From: Nymphaea colorata
Lineage: Eukaryota
NCBI RefSeq assembly: GCF_008831285.2
Contig: NC_045138.2
Location: forward strand, 21,328,001 to 21,392,000
Reading direction: 5' to 3'
Length of the DNA stretch: 64,000 bases
Made by a program: the position numbers and the translations under genes. Numbering within the stretch: the first letter of the stretch is position 1; each line of letters starts with the position of its first letter. Positions 1-14,148 of this stretch are shown piece after piece. The notes under the pieces were generated by a model, which was not told where the DNA came from, did no database searches, and was given only the letters and a program-made list of their open reading frames with translations.

Positions 1-590
1 CTATCAGAGACAACTGATATACCAATTTGATCTCATGCAAACTTCTTCAAGGGTAAACATTTTTTCAACATCATCATTCTGTTCTTTAAGATATGATTTT
101 CACAGTGTTTCTAAACTTGAAGGCTCATATCTACATAGTTTATGTGAAGTTACTAAAACTGGGAATGCACATTTCCATCACTAGGTGCATCTTATGATGC
201 TACACTTATTATGTATTAGGCTACACTTATTATCTTCCACAATGGTTGTTCTTCAATTGCATAAGCAACACTAGATAGAGAGGCAAGCTTTGAAGCAGTA
301 ATATTCAGTTATTCACGCTACAAGTTTACAAGAAGATCCTGCAATAGAGTTTGAAGAGAATGGTTGTGCAATTTCTAAGTTAGCTTGAATCTATTTGTCT
401 ATCTCAGATTCTTGCTTAAACCATTTACAAGGTGCTACTATAACATTTTGTTTCATTTCATGGTACCAAAACTGTAGGCGTGATCCTGCTTTCAACTTGT
501 TACTACTTATGTCACATAGGTACGAGTACGGGTGCCAGTGCGGGTACCAATACAGACCATTTTAAAAAAACTTAGGTGCGGGGGTACAGC

Positions 591-624
<34 letters not shown>

Positions 625-1450
625 ACTTGATGTAGCTCTCCTAGTCTGTGGCTGCCACATGAAAACAGTGCAACAGTTGGAGCTACATCACATAAATGCA
701 CACTCACTTATGTGATGTAACTCCAATGATGCATTTTGCCTTTCATTAATATCAATAGGCACAGCCATACAATTCAACTAAATCAGGCGACTGAAAGCTT
801 GCGGTGACTGACAAACACACAAATTAGGCGAATGAAAGCTTACGGTGAACTTGCAAAATGCACAAATCAAACGACTGAAAAACACAGAAATCAGGCGACC
901 AGAAAAACACAAAAGTTAAATTATCTCTCAGCAAACCAGCAAAAAGCACTAACGTTGGACAGAAGGAAGAGGGTGAAAAAAGTCGACGAAGGATGAAACT
1001 ACCTGCCGCTGGTTGATGGGAGGTTGTCGGACGAGGGGTGAGGCTGCCGGAGAAATAAGATGCTTAAACGTTGGTCAGAGAAAAAAAGGTGTTGCCCTTC
1101 GCCGAAGAAGTCGCCGTTCACTGGAGAAGTCGTCGTTTGCCAGAGTTGCCTTGCTAAAAGCACCGTTGGTCGATCGAAATGCAAAGCCCTCGATGGGCTC
1201 TACTGCGTTTTCTCTTTAACGTTAAAAAAAATGTAAACCCTAACCTGTGGACGGTTTTGAACTTGGTCAACTTTGGCCGAGTCCAAAAATAAACGAATAT
1301 ACTCGGGTACGTTGACCATACCCAATATGGTCAACACAGTACCCAAGGCATACCCGAGTGCATACTGGTACCCATACAGGAAAGTCTTTGTTTCAAGGGT
1401 TGCTTTGTTGAACTAGCATCATTCTTCATTTTCTTCTTCAAGAAAGGTCT

Positions 1451-1520
1451 TTGGATAAAAATTCAAAAGCTTTGACCAAAGTTGAGTGCAAGTTCTGTCA
1501 TAAATATTCTTCTAAGGTTT
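1451..1520 (+). pseudogene. Short BED-finger fragment of a related hAT transposase
   Basis: LTKVECKFCHKY closely resembles KVECNFCKQ of the 4574 element, and is followed by A/T-rich non-coding sequence. Confidence 0.45.
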
Positions 1521-3180
1521 TTATTGGTTTTCCTCAGACATTAGTTGAAAAGATAGTTTTTCTTAAGAAAATTTCACGAATTCAAAAACATTTTAAAAAA
1601 TATATAAAAAATACGAAATTCTTGGGTTTTTTAGTAATTTTTGAAAACATTGATAAATATTCGAAATAGCTGTTCAAATGTTAAAAGAAATCTCAAAAAA
1701 ATAAAATGAAAAAGAAAATTCTCAAAAACCTGGAAAACAAAGAAAAGGATATTTATTATTTAATGTTTGTTTGCAAAATATTGTGATTTTCATTTTTTTC
1801 CTCATTTTTCATTACTTAATGCAAGACTTTGAAAAGAAAAAACAGTGACATCTATGAGATGGTAGAAGTCAATTCTTCTCTTTGTATCATGGAAGATGAA
1901 GAATTACGTATCATCTAATTTCCTAAGCTTACACAACCACTAATTATGTAGCATGAGCCTCTACTGTAAAAGTTCAAACACCATTTTGGCAAAAAGTCTT
2001 TGGGGGTTTAAATATGAAAGCCAAAACAGAACCTACGCTTGTGTTATCTAAAGAAGCTGACTGGTGGAAAGCTACCAAACTAACTGGCAATTTATGAAGA
2101 AAGTCATTGCCAGATATGAAATGAAAGGCTTTGAAAATTAGTCATCAAATACAAAGACATGCCATGCTTTGAGCAAAGTAGATAATAAGTACTATTATTG
2201 TGAAACTTAAATCAACATATAAAGCATGGCCTTTATCATAAAAAAATCCACTATATGAAAAATGTCACTGACAAGTGTAATCTGCAAAATAGAATTATGA
2301 ATATGCAACAAGGAACATAGAACTGTTCAAGAATATTGTGTATCCTGTAGCTCTTAATCCACCTCAGGATGGAGCCAAAATGGCATGGCCGACAAGATAT
2401 AGCTCTTTGTTATCCACAATTAGAAGAAGATATAATTTCAATTTGCTGTTGTCCTTGGACCCATGTATGGGGTTATAATGTCTCTACTTCATAAAGAGCA
2501 TGGTCCTTCAATTCGACAGGCCACTGCCAGACAAAACATGAAAGAGGACAGCCTACGGATGTATGTGGACTGCACCTTCCATTTTGTGTGCCGACATGCC
2601 TACCCCTTTAAATCTTCTTTGGGGCCCCAACGCCACCTACACCCCCCCCCCCCCACCGACCAAAAAAATAAACGTTAAAGAGAAGGGTAGGCATGGTAGG
2701 TACAAAAATTGGAAAGCACAATTCACTGTTCTCATATATATATAGACTCTGAAATATTAGAAATTGAGGACCGCTTGACCTTAAGGAATTTAATTGGTTT
2801 AGCAGCCAGCAGGAAAAAGTGAACTTGTATATGACTTAAGGGAACATATAAGACTAATTGGTGCACATATCACCAATGATAAAAATTGTGAAAAATAAGA
2901 GGAATCAGCAACAACCATGAGGACTTTACATAGTGGCATTAGGCAAACAAACAGAAGCCAGTTAAAATTGGGAAAACATTGAATGAAGTACAGTTGTTAC
3001 TAAAGGATATAAGCATAACTATATGCAATGCTTGATATTCAGAACAGGAACAGCCTGAACTTGAACTAAGTTATCTTAAGAAAGGAATGTCAAACTATCG
3101 GCAATAATATACTGTAAGTCTGTAACATCAAAATTAGCAGATAATAAGAAAAAGTGAAGAGATAATGATGCTAAAAGAAC

Positions 3181-3501
3181 CTTGTATTGACTGATTCTAC
3201 GCTTCAGTTTCTGTTGGTTGACATCTTTATCTTTGATATCAGTGACATCCTCTTGCACGAGTTCAAAATCGTCAATGATTTCTGGGCCATCAACTTGGTC
3301 CACAAAAATCTCATCTTCCACAGTACTGGAAAACCAATGTTAGGGCTCTGCGAGCTGGAAAATGACATGCAAGCTCAATGGAACACTAACAGTGATCATG
3401 CAGCCCAAAAAGAAAGAATTCTGTTACGGTAGGTCTTTGACCATAAAAATAGATCTCCTATATGTGTAATAGCTATCTACGTAACTCCCTACTATGTAAT
3501 A

Positions 3502-3549
<48 letters not shown>

Positions 3550-4410
3550 GCCTTCAGAAGGAATCCTCCTGGCACACCGCCTTGCTCTCTAACATTGTTA
3601 GTATCAAAGAGACGAAGATGACCAATTGCAATTGCCCTCTCACAATCTCCCCACACTGATGACCTGCAGGCCAACTGCCTGAGCATATTTATCTAGTACA
3701 GGTGAAGTGAATGAGAAAAGCATGAGCCATTAGCAAGGGCTTTATATATGTATATATGGTCAGAAACATTGTTTGTGTTCTCCAAATTTTACCTTGCCCT
3801 GTACGCAAGGCTAGATGCACTGACCTTGCATAAGAGACTCAGCACGATTTTCTTATTAAAAGAAAAACCATGCTTTCAATTATCTTCTTGAGAAATAAAA
3901 TCAAGATTCCCAAAACCATCAAGTCTTTAATATCATCAGCTGTTGACCTTCTATGCCTTTGGGTTTCCTTCTTACAAATTGAAATGATGTGATTCAAAAC
4001 TTTTTATCGGTTACATAAACTATATAGATCACAACAATCTCTGATCATCCAATCATTAATCTGATGGTATTAAGAAAGGGAACATAGGCACAGATGATAC
4101 CTAGGCACACACAATACAATCTGTTGTCTGTGCGTATACAAAAAGTAAGCCTTATTCATATGTAAGATTCAGAAATCTGACGTTAATTAGAACCTGACTC
4201 CTTTTGCATTCCTTTGGAATCGTCTCAGTTATCATAACAATTAATCAGTCTGACCATCCACCTAGTTGTGCTAGTTGCCAGTCCCTTCACTAGTCCCTAC
4301 CTCCAAGTCCTGGGGCCATTTGAGGGTCTAGTTGGCCAACTTGGTCAACTAGACAAAGACTAGCAGTGCCAAGTCATTGACAAGGGCCCTTCTAGAAAAG
4401 AAAGATGTCA

Positions 4411-4508
<98 letters not shown>

Positions 4509-7448
4509 ATTGTGGATTTCTCCATCCAGGTTTGGATGGAGAAATCCTCCGGCTTCTCACAGCACGCATTGGACAGTGTAATCTTATCTGTATCGTATAA
4601 TACTCACGTGTATCGTGCGATACATACCGTATAGGTTTAGAAACTTATATGGTATGCTTACGATACACGATACGCTCGTGTATTGTAACAATATCCCCCG
4701 TATCATATGATATGGTAAAGGCGATATTCCTCCATATTGTACAATATGAGGCAAAAATGCAAAAAAGGGGCCTGAGGCCCTCTTTTGCATGTATTTTTAA
4801 ATGTTCCTCTCCCTCCCTCCCTCCCTCTTTCTAATCACTCTAAGGAGTTGTGGAAGGGAGAGGTTTTGCCAGTTTTCACAAAAAAAAAACACCAAGAAAT
4901 CATCAATTTGAGAGAACTCGTGGTAGAGAAGGTTTTCTCATGATGGAAATGGTGGGAGGCTTGGAGAAAGAGGGTTTTTGGGTTCTAACACCAAAGAGGT
5001 AAAAAATTGCTCATTTTCACTGTTGAATTGTTGAGTTCTTTTATTTCTGACAGTTAATTGGAGGTTTTTACTTGTTTTGTGAAGATAGAATGAAAGGTTC
5101 CGCATAACAATGGTGTACAAGGGTGGATCCCAAAGTTCGGTTAAAAGTTGAGTGTAATTTTTGTAAGCAAACAATATCAAGAAGGATCTTTCGCTTTAAA
5201 CACCATATAGCTGGTATACACCACAATGTGGCTCAGTGCACTGGTACCCTAGAGAACCCAGTGCCACCCTATGTCAAACATTAATGTATGGAACTCATTA
5301 ATGTTGTGAAAGCAAAGAGGAATGAGAAGGAAATGAATGAGGCTGAGGCAGTATATGAGGAGCCTTATGAACAGGAAGGAAGCGAAGGTGAAGATGTTGA
5401 GCTCGAAGAAAAGGATGTTGGTGCCAGTTTGGGAACAAATACAAAGAAAGACATCATGTATAGAGATACTTCTTCAACTTTAGTTGGAAAGAGAAGACGT
5501 GCAGGTGCAAGTACAAGTACAGCTTCACGAGGACGTGGCAAGAACTGTGGCCGTACTAGCGGAACTGATGGTAGAGTACCTACTAGGAGGTCGAGTATTG
5601 GATCTGGCTCGATCAAGAATTTTTTTTCCCACTTATACTGCTATAAGTGCTCAGCCTAAGATTCAAGCAACCATGTGTTCAAAGGACATTGTCGACACAA
5701 CAGACAATACCATAGGAAGGTGGTTCTATGATGCATGCATTCCTTTTAATGCAGCAAACTCTTTTCATTTTCAACTTATAGTAGATGTAATCGCTTTTGT
5801 AGGCCAGTGGCATAAAATGCCACTTGTATCATAAATTGCAAGGTAAAATTTTTAATAATGTAGTCAAAGATGTCAATGCATATTGTGATGAACTAAAAAG
5901 GAACTGAAAAGATACAGGATGCAGTGCGATGGTAGATGGGTGGACAGACATAAAGAACAGAACATAAAATTCCTCGTGTATTGTCCCTTAGGGATAATGT
6001 TCTTAAAATCTATTGATTTGTCTAATACTCACAAGACTCCTGATGTTTTGTGTGATAGTTTGATAAACTTGTACAGAAAGTTGAGCCAGAGAATGTCGTG
6101 CAATTTATTACAGATAATGCAGGAAATTATAAAGTTGCATATGCAATGTTAGCAGCATAATATAGGACATTCTATTGGAGCTCATGTGTTGCTCACTATG
6201 TAAATCTAATGCTTTAAGATCGTGGTGAAAGAGATGATATGAAGTGGACAGTTTAAAGATGCCAAGAAATAACAAAGTCTATCTATAATCATGCTTACAT
6301 TTTGAACTTGAGAAAATTTATAAATGAGGTCGAATTAAATTAACCTACACAAACTCGGTTTGCAACAAATGTTTTGACTATGCAAAAGTATAGTCAAGTA
6401 GAGAAATCCTCTCAAGCAGATGTTTTCTAGTGACAATTGGGTTGCATTCCACATGCCTATGAAAGAAAGGCCATGGCAGTTGTAAATACTATATTCAGCA
6501 CTGAATTTTGGGAATCATGTGTAAACTTATTCAATATTTGTATACCTCTAGTGAACCTTATAATTATGAGAACCTAATAATTATGGGATAAGTTGCAGTT
6601 TTTTCTTTTCTAATCATGTTAATATATAATGAGCACCACCTCATATAGTTTGTCCTACAAACTAATATGCAGGGTATCCTGATAAGCAACCACATGAAAA
6701 GTAGGCCAATCAAGTGATCAGATAGCTAAACAAATTTTATGAATGTAAACTACATAATGTGTTAAGTTTGAATTAGAACATCTCAGTGTATGAGAAGCAA
6801 AACTGATAGCATTTAAAACCAATGACTCAAAATGCATCAAAACTTCGACGATAAAATATTATTAAATGTTATATCCAAAAGAAGATCCAGAGCAAGACTT
6901 TAAACAAAAAATAGTTTTGAGTTTGTCTATAATATCATATCAAGTCCATTAACTACATTTCTGCCTAAAGAACATGAAGCCATACCGAAACTTATAAAAC
7001 ACCACTACATTGTACGTCGCATGGGCGTAGACACAGGTGCGCCACAATTTAAAAAACCGGGGTGCAGCATCTTTACCAACAGCTCGTACTATATCGAAAC
7101 TTGATTGGTTAGAAATCATGATTTTATGTTTGAAAATATAAAGTAAATCATGAATTCTAGCAAAAGACGTGTTGAATCTATTTAATTAACCATCATATTA
7201 TGTAATGAATATTATTTTAGGTTGAGCCAAACCAAGGTATACCGAAACGTAGAGAACAATGGTGAAGCCACATATAAGCTAGTGTGGGCAGTTGCCCACA
7301 CCAGCCCTCAGTTTTCCTTTATTTTCACATGAAGGTCTTCAAACATTTACTTTGTTACATATGTGAGTGCCCCTTCAGGTATGCACATTTATGAATCAAT
7401 GCCCCTCCAAAAAAAAAATTTTGGCTTCGCCACTGGTAAAGAATGCTG

Positions 7449-7479
<31 letters not shown>

Positions 7480-8829
7480 TGCGCGCGATGCTTCTAACGC
7501 ACCTGCTCCTCTTTTAAGGTAATAAATCAAAATTAATGGGCACGCAAAATTAAATGAGCCATTGATTTAATCAACAGATGGCATTTATGGATGAGTATCA
7601 CAAAGTAAATGAGCATGGGAACTAGATTTAAGTCTCCGACTCTCCAAGAAAGAGATTAGTGAGATAAAGTACCAACTAAGCAAAATGTGTGGTCTTTATC
7701 TTGTTTTTTTAAGTGAAAAAAAATTGAAACTGTGCCTGAGGCATTTGCCTCATGCACAATGCACTTTCCGCAATGAGGCAGGCCATGCACTTCACCGGCG
7801 TGAAGCATAAGGCTTGGGATAAGATGTACCTCAAGCACACAATAAGGTGTATTTATGGTCTAAAGAAGAACCTGTCGCCATATTTGATGAAGATTTTAAG
7901 TGGTACAATATTGGAGAAGAAGAGGATGCTGATGAAGGAGAGTTTGAATATAGTGGCGAGGATATTCAATATGAAGAAGATGATACAAATGACAATGAGA
8001 ATGAAGATGGAAATGATGATGATAAATAATAACATTCTCATTTGTTATTTGCACTAAACAAATAAGACTTTAAACTTATTTTTTAAGGTATTTCATTTAT
8101 GACTTATTAATTATGAACATATTATGTTAAATTGATCAACGTTCATCCTTATAAGCATATATTTATACATGACAGGTTTTCATAAAGAACATATTTTACT
8201 TGAGTTTTTTTTTACAGGAAATTTCCCTTTACTACATAATGTGGAAATGGCATATCGTGGATATCCATGATTCTGTCTGAAAAGGGGTCCCTTTTTGGTA
8301 CCAACGGAAAAGGCTGACGAGTTCCAAAATCCAAATCAAAAGAGGAATAACCTCATCCTATACTTGTAGGAATTATGAGAACAGATGAGTACTTTCACCT
8401 TTTATCAAAGCCATGAACGACCACAAGCAACTAGAATAGCAGACTAAGGGTTACAGTGTTGTAAATGATAGAAAAAGAGATAATGGCCGAAATTGAATGA
8501 TTTTGTGCAAAGAGATCTCAGAGGAAAAGAGAAATATGAACAAGGGGAGAGATAGCATACCCGATCATGGTCATCTTCAAGGTGGGCTTAAGTTGGAGAG
8601 TAGAGAGGATGGTGGCGTCGTCGGAGAGCTGCTTAGGGCCGACTTTCGGGTAGAGCAGCTTCTGGCGCTTGGGGAGGACGGTGGTGGCCTCGCAGATGCG
8701 TCGCTTCAGCTCTCCCACGGTGTCATCGGCGCACACTCTCACCGTGTATTCCTTGCCGTTCCACTTTACGCACAGCGTCATCTCTTCCCAGCCTTCTCCT
8801 CCTGAGGACGACGCCGACGCCGACGCCAT
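3181..8829 (-). CDS. UBLCP1: Ubiquitin-like domain-containing CTD phosphatase (UBLCP1-like), exons 1-2 only; the phosphatase-domain exons appear to lie left of the window
   Basis: Exon 1 is 8829-8561 (MASASASSSGGEGWEEMTLCVKWNGKEYTVRVCADDTVGELKRRICEATTVLPKRQKLLYPKVG...LKMTMIG, UBL domain; donor GG|GTATGC). Exon 2 is 3325-3181 (acceptor TTCCAG; TVEDEIFVDQVDGPEIIDDFEL...QQKLKRRISQYK; donor GTTCTT). Phases match across the 5235-bp intron. Family recognised from recalled sequence. The LDIDYT catalytic exon was not found in 1-3180. Confidence 0.88.
4413..4508. repeat. (AT)n(AG)n compound microsatellite
   Basis: Directly visible. Confidence 0.95.
4574..6560 (+). mobile_element. Decayed hAT transposon (BED finger + DUF659-type transposase pseudogene), 3'-truncated, inside UBLCP1 intron 1
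   Basis: Begins CAGTGTAATC followed by GTATCG/CGATAC subterminal repeats. BED-like KVECNFCKQ...RFKHHIAGIHHNVAQC at about 5143-5240. Further motifs WFYDACIPFNAANSFHFQ, DGWTD, FLVYCPLGIMFLKSID, QFITDNAGNY, SCVAHYVNLML, RFAT and FWESC, interrupted by several stops and frameshifts. Confidence 0.85.
7257..7435. mobile_element. hAT-type MITE (family A)
   Basis: TIRs CAATGGTGAAGCCA / TGGCTTCGCCACTG. 8-bp TSD GTAGAGAA / GTAAAGAA (7/8). Internal GTGGGCARTTGCCCACACCA-type motif shared with the copies at 20526 and 49610. Confidence 0.85.
7730..8060 (+). mobile_element. Probable remnant of a hAT element 3' region (acidic transposase tail)
   Basis: Acidic tract DEDFKWYNIGEEEDADEGEFEYSGEDIQYEEDD...DDDK* preceded by GCCT/AGGC-type short repeats. 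Resembles hAT C-terminal tails; no termini identified. Confidence 0.35.
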
Positions 8830-10507
8830 GGACGTCGATTATCGTCGTCTGCCTGCTTCCCTCTCAGTTTTTGCTTTTGCCGCTCGCCGCAGTGGCTCAC
8901 TCCTCTCAGTTTCACCTCGCAGTCTCTCCCTGTTCGTCCCCAGTCCCCCCGCAAAGATACTTTGTTTTCGAGGTCAGCCACCCCTACACTTTTTCATATT
9001 CGCAGTGCTCGTCCTTCCTTAATTGGGGAAACCACAGTTATGTTATCTATTTTGTTAAAAGGTGCCCCATTTTCATTTTAGTCACCTCCAAATTCCAACC
9101 AACTTCTTGTTAGATTTTTGTTTCCCAACACCGTTGGAGATTTTTTCTTTTTTTCCTTTTGCAGTGTTCTTTTTTTCCTTTTGCAGTGTTCTTTTTTTCT
9201 TGGTCTTTTTTATATGCGGAACAAGGGATTCAAAACAAGTTTTCATGCCACGCTCAACAATTTAATCTGTTTCGTAGTCAGTGTTGCTAGGCGAGAACCT
9301 TGGCCAACTCTCTCTGTACATAAGTAACCGCAAAGGGGCAATTAGAAGAGTGCCGTTAAGTCTGGCCGCCGGCCCGCCGGCTGTTTTTTCCCCGGTGGTC
9401 CGCCGCATGATTTTTCTTATCTGGGTATCTTCCAAATGAAAAGATTATTCTATGTTGGGGTCATTTTTCTGGTTGACGTAGAAAAGAAGAGTATGATTTT
9501 TTTCTTTTGGACCAAACAACCTATACGCGTGCCTTTCTTTTTTCTCTCCCTCTCATCGTTTTCTTTTTCCCCTTTCCATGCGATTCTCTTTATCTATTTT
9601 TTCAATATCATACCTGATCGTATGATTTCAGCCTGCATTATTAATGAACTAGTTTCTGTTCGAGCATGTGATTGCTTTATGTTTGTAAGGTGAGGGATGG
9701 TGTTAAAAATCCACAGAGAAGGGAAGGGAATAGGGATTGTATTAAGTTGAAGTACTCTGCTGAACCCTCGGTAATTTGATGGTACGTTTTATTAGTAAAT
9801 AATGTTTTTTTCTCTCTGTTCTTAAAATTAAGGTATTTAATGCACAAAGGTTTGTACTGAGGTTCTTTTCAATTTCGCACAAGAGTATTTAATTCTGTTT
9901 GAAGATTTCTGGTACTGATTTTTTTTTATTGGGGTGTAAAAATACTTCATGGCACCCACTTTTTAGATGCCCAGATATGGATGAAGCAGAAAATCCGAGC
10001 ACCAATTACTTCCAAGTCGCTTCAGAGTATGACTGTATTCAAGTATTCATCCTGATCACAGGACAAAATTATCTGAAACCTACATCCCAAGCCAACTAAG
10101 AGAATATTCAACCTGATTACAAACGTAAATCGAACACAGGGCCTACATACTACAACCATAACATATTCAGTAAACTTGTCCATCTGTGCTGACTGGAAAT
10201 TCTATTATGTTACCTGACAACTACAGTTAACGATCTTTGCTATTTCTCCCTGTCCGCTTCACTCCAACCGTGTGAAATTGTTCAGGCTGCTCACAGTTTA
10301 CTCATATTCTCAAAGGTAACATAACATTTCCGTGTAATAAAAGCAATAATGTTCAAAAAACCAATTTGTTCATGATGGTTCACAGCAAGTGCATGGACCA
10401 TAACGCTGAGCCAACTAATCTTGGCTGACAAGTATGTTGTACAAGCAAAGAACCAACGTGATAACGATGCAGACAGCATCAAATGCTCCTGATTCAGACA
10501 GACTACC

Positions 10508-13500
10508 TTAAGCTGGTACCCAGTTGCCAGGAGCAAGGAGAAAAGCTAGGCGTTTTTCTTCAAATGAGTATTCTATCTCCGGCTCTGTTTCTGGTGCCGC
10601 TCTCTGGGTTTCTTGGCTTGCAAGTGAAGCAGCAGTAGCAGTAGGGGCAGGCGTTGCAGCAGTCTGCATTGGGACTGTTACCGATTGTGGGGTACAAGGG
10701 ATAGGGATCGGCATGGCTTTCGGGGTCCTGTTCTCCTCATCAGTGAAAGAACTGCTTTTATTTGGTGTAGTGTACAGATTGCTTTTAACTGAAGCATTCT
10801 GCAGCTTATTATGATTGAGTTCATCCAAAGGATTTGCGGAATTGGACCTTGAAGAGAATGAAGATACAGGAGAGAATGGCATTCTCTGTGCGGGCACTGG
10901 AACTTCATTTTCATCAGTATTTGAAGAGATGGAATATTTCCTTACTGGAAGGCCAGCAACATCCAATCCTCGCCGTCCTGCTCGAAGGGAAAAATGCATG
11001 GTACCCAAATTCAGTTTCTCATTAGAACCCGTGTTTCACATTATTATCAGAAAATAATGCAAAAGCGAAACATGAAAAACGAAGAAGTATGATTAAGTAG
11101 ACAATGTGTATATGCTTAAATATCATTTCCTGTATTCTGATATCTTTACTTAAATGATAACAACAGAACAGTTTCAGATGTTGTGACTTCATCCATTTCA
11201 GAAGAGCAACCAAAATATCATGTGTATATCAAAATTACCTGCTGATAGTGCGGCTTGACCATCTCCAGTTTTCTGATTATGAAAGGAGTCAATTTTCCGT
11301 GTTTGCCTTGATAAACTAGTATTTCCGTGGAGTCCTGACTTCGACTCTACTAAGGGTGACTGCATCTGCATCATAGCACCTCCAAGTGAAAGCCTTCTGT
11401 TGGCGGCTCCCATTGAAGTCCTGGGCATTTTCCTGGCACTTTGCTGTTTTGAAGGGCTTGGTTTTGAGCCAAAGAGTGCTTCTTGTTCTGCTATGAGCTG
11501 CCCCTGCAGTCTTTTTTGGTCCTGTTTTCAGGAATATGTTAGTTTATCTGTTACCTAATAATTTAGCTATGTAATTTGATGGTAGTAACTTTTCCTACCC
11601 GTTGCCTCCGACGTTCTTGCTCTTTCTCCTGTCTTAGTATAGTATACTCTTCCAATAAAGAGAGAAGACGCACCTGTGGATCACATAAATAATGAATCAA
11701 ACCATTAAAACTGAAATAACGGAATTAGTGTTAGCACCAACTTAAGGAACTTAGCCAAGCTGAACTATGATGCTAGTACTTACACCGTCAAAGGTAAATT
11801 CTATGCCCCTTTCTCTCTCCCAAGATGTAGTCTTAGCTGCCAAATTTTCCACCATTGCTGGAAGAGCCATGACACGAGAAACAAGACAACCATGAGCTTT
11901 GGGTTAGACTCAGAAGAATGACATGATGCAGAAAAGCCAGCTGACTGAAAAACCAAGGATATCATTTTTTTCATTCTATCATCCACTACCGAAAACATCT
12001 ATTGTTTCTGGTTCATATTAATATAAAAAAGCTGCATTTGTAAGATTTACCTGGTAGCTTGTTGACTGCTGCACGAGCTTTTTCAGCCCTCTTTAGTGTC
12101 AAGTGTGCACCTCTGCCAGCATTGTACCTGTTCTCATCCTGCAAAAAGAACAAGTATAAATTTTGGGACGATTAAAGCATTCTTAGTTAGTCAGCTTTCC
12201 CAGTATATTGAAAATAAATGACCTCACCCTGTTGTATTCCTCAAGCCAATTTTCTTCCTCACATGCAGCCAACCACTTATCGACTTTCTCCAGAATTTCT
12301 TTCCTGCTAAATGCTTCCTCTTTAGCTTTAGCTATCTGGGCCTCCAGTTGCTCCAGTACAAACCCAAGATCAATCACCCCTACAAATAGGTTTTTGCTTA
12401 TAGTTAGCAGATTATCAAGACTGGAAGTTCCACAACTCATGAGTGAAATGTGCAGAGTAGAGTTAACAATACAATCACACCTGATTCAATTGCAGTCACT
12501 GTATACTCAATAGAAGCTTCAGGTTCTGCTACCATGTGTGCCTTCCTACATACATCTTCAAGCTCCGTTCTCTTCTTCAGAACAAGATCCTTCATCTTGC
12601 TTTCCTTCATCTCTTCCAGTCTTAGAACCTCCGCTTCAACCTATACCAAAGCTTAAAATCAACATCTACAGCAATTTTCATTTGAAAACGAAGGTAAAAA
12701 CAAAACGGAGCTTCTACGTGACTGTCGGATGGTTCTTACATAATTGATGAAATCTTCAGAGAGAATATTAGGCTCATTTATTTCATCTTCTGAGGCAGCA
12801 ATATTGCAGGTAACATTCTGAAACATTTGCTGCTCGTCGACTGGTGTATCCATGAGGTTCCATAGCTCCAACATCGTAGTAGCAAGATCTTGAAGCTGTC
12901 ACAGCTTAAAAGAAGTTAGACATAAAGAAGCACAACAAACCGCATCAGGGTGGGGATGTGAAGTTCCCACCTTTTGCATTCTCTGCTTCTTAATCTCTCT
13001 TAATTTATCCACCGCATTGGAAAGTCTCTGAATTGCACCATCATCAATGGCTTTTGGCACTTCGCAATCATCCACACTAGGTTGAACATCTTTCAGCACA
13101 TGCTGGAAGTCTAAACCAAGCACTGAACAGAAGGAATTCAGAGCTTCGGTGTATTCCATAACCTGATTGAGCCTATCATTCTGGAGAAGGCGAAGAAATT
13201 CACTGATACACTCCAGAAAAAATCTTAAAGTATACAACAAATCCAGAACCATATAAAAGAGTATGTGTAGCGCATCTCTGCTGAATAATTGGTGGATCAA
13301 ATAGCAGCGAAAATTTTCGGCAATCATAGCAATGTTGCTAGGACATGACTCTAAGATGAGATCTTATGTCATTACTTTAGAACCTCGAGTTTGGTGTGTC
13401 TTAAAAATATTACTTACCTTTTCTTTTTGAAGCATCTGAAGATGCTTATGGAATTCTTCAAGCTTTCTGAGGGACAAATCAGTTTCATCCAAACCGCCAC

Positions 13501-14148
13501 TAGAAACATCATTTGGTCTTGCGATCTCGTTGGAAATTTTCTCTAACTTTTCTAAAACGTCAAGAAATTGGCTAACTCTCTCATCTTTTCTCCTCTGCAT
13601 CTCTTCGAGTTGAGGCTGAATGGCTCTAAGCTCTTCCTTCAAGCTCCTAATGTTCTGATCTTGCTGGAAAGTTCAGACAAACACCAGACATGCATATTAA
13701 CGACAATAACCATACTCTGTTCAAACTAGTAAATGTTCCTTGTTCTTCAATCTCAAGCATCAACTAGCATCAGAAATCTATGAGGTCACCTGTCTCAGAA
13801 GCACAGGTCGCTCTGCCATGGAAGCACATATTGAAGCTAGCTTGGCCTCAGAATCTGCAATAGCCTGACGCAATTGAGCTCGAGAACGGTTTGCTTGATC
13901 AACCTTTCTTCTGTACACCTCCAAGCACTCCTTTTCAAGCTCAAGTAACAATTTATCCCTCTCATCGTCTGGTTCTCCCACTTCATCCCATATTGTCTAC
14001 ACTCGAAAAGCAATAAACATGTCAAGTAATGTTGCTAGCAGGACACAAATCCTGAGCACCGGCAAACGTGTAATACCTGGAGTTCATATAGAAGTGACCC
14101 ACAAGTTGTTTCAACTTGCAGAAGCTGATCGTTTTGAAAGTTCGTCAT
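10508..14148 (-). CDS. MAP65-3: 65-kDa microtubule-associated protein 3-like (MAP65-3/PLEIADE clade, MAP65/Ase1/PRC1 family), 730 aa
   Basis: 12 coding exons, all GT-AG and phase-consistent: 14148-14077, 13996-13790, 13663-13418, 13180-12971, 12895-12740, 12640-12481, 12379-12228, 12138-12051, 11857-11784, 11673-11599, 11521-11239, 10977-10508 (2193 nt). N-terminus [32 protein letters not shown]; conserved [30 protein letters not shown]-terminal [12 protein letters not shown] typical of the MAP65-3/4 clade. Confidence 0.93.

Noticed and set aside
3492..3686. Possible extra UBLCP1 exon
   Set aside because: Exons 1 and 2 already join in frame as a family-typical sequence; this ORF runs into a (GA)n tract.
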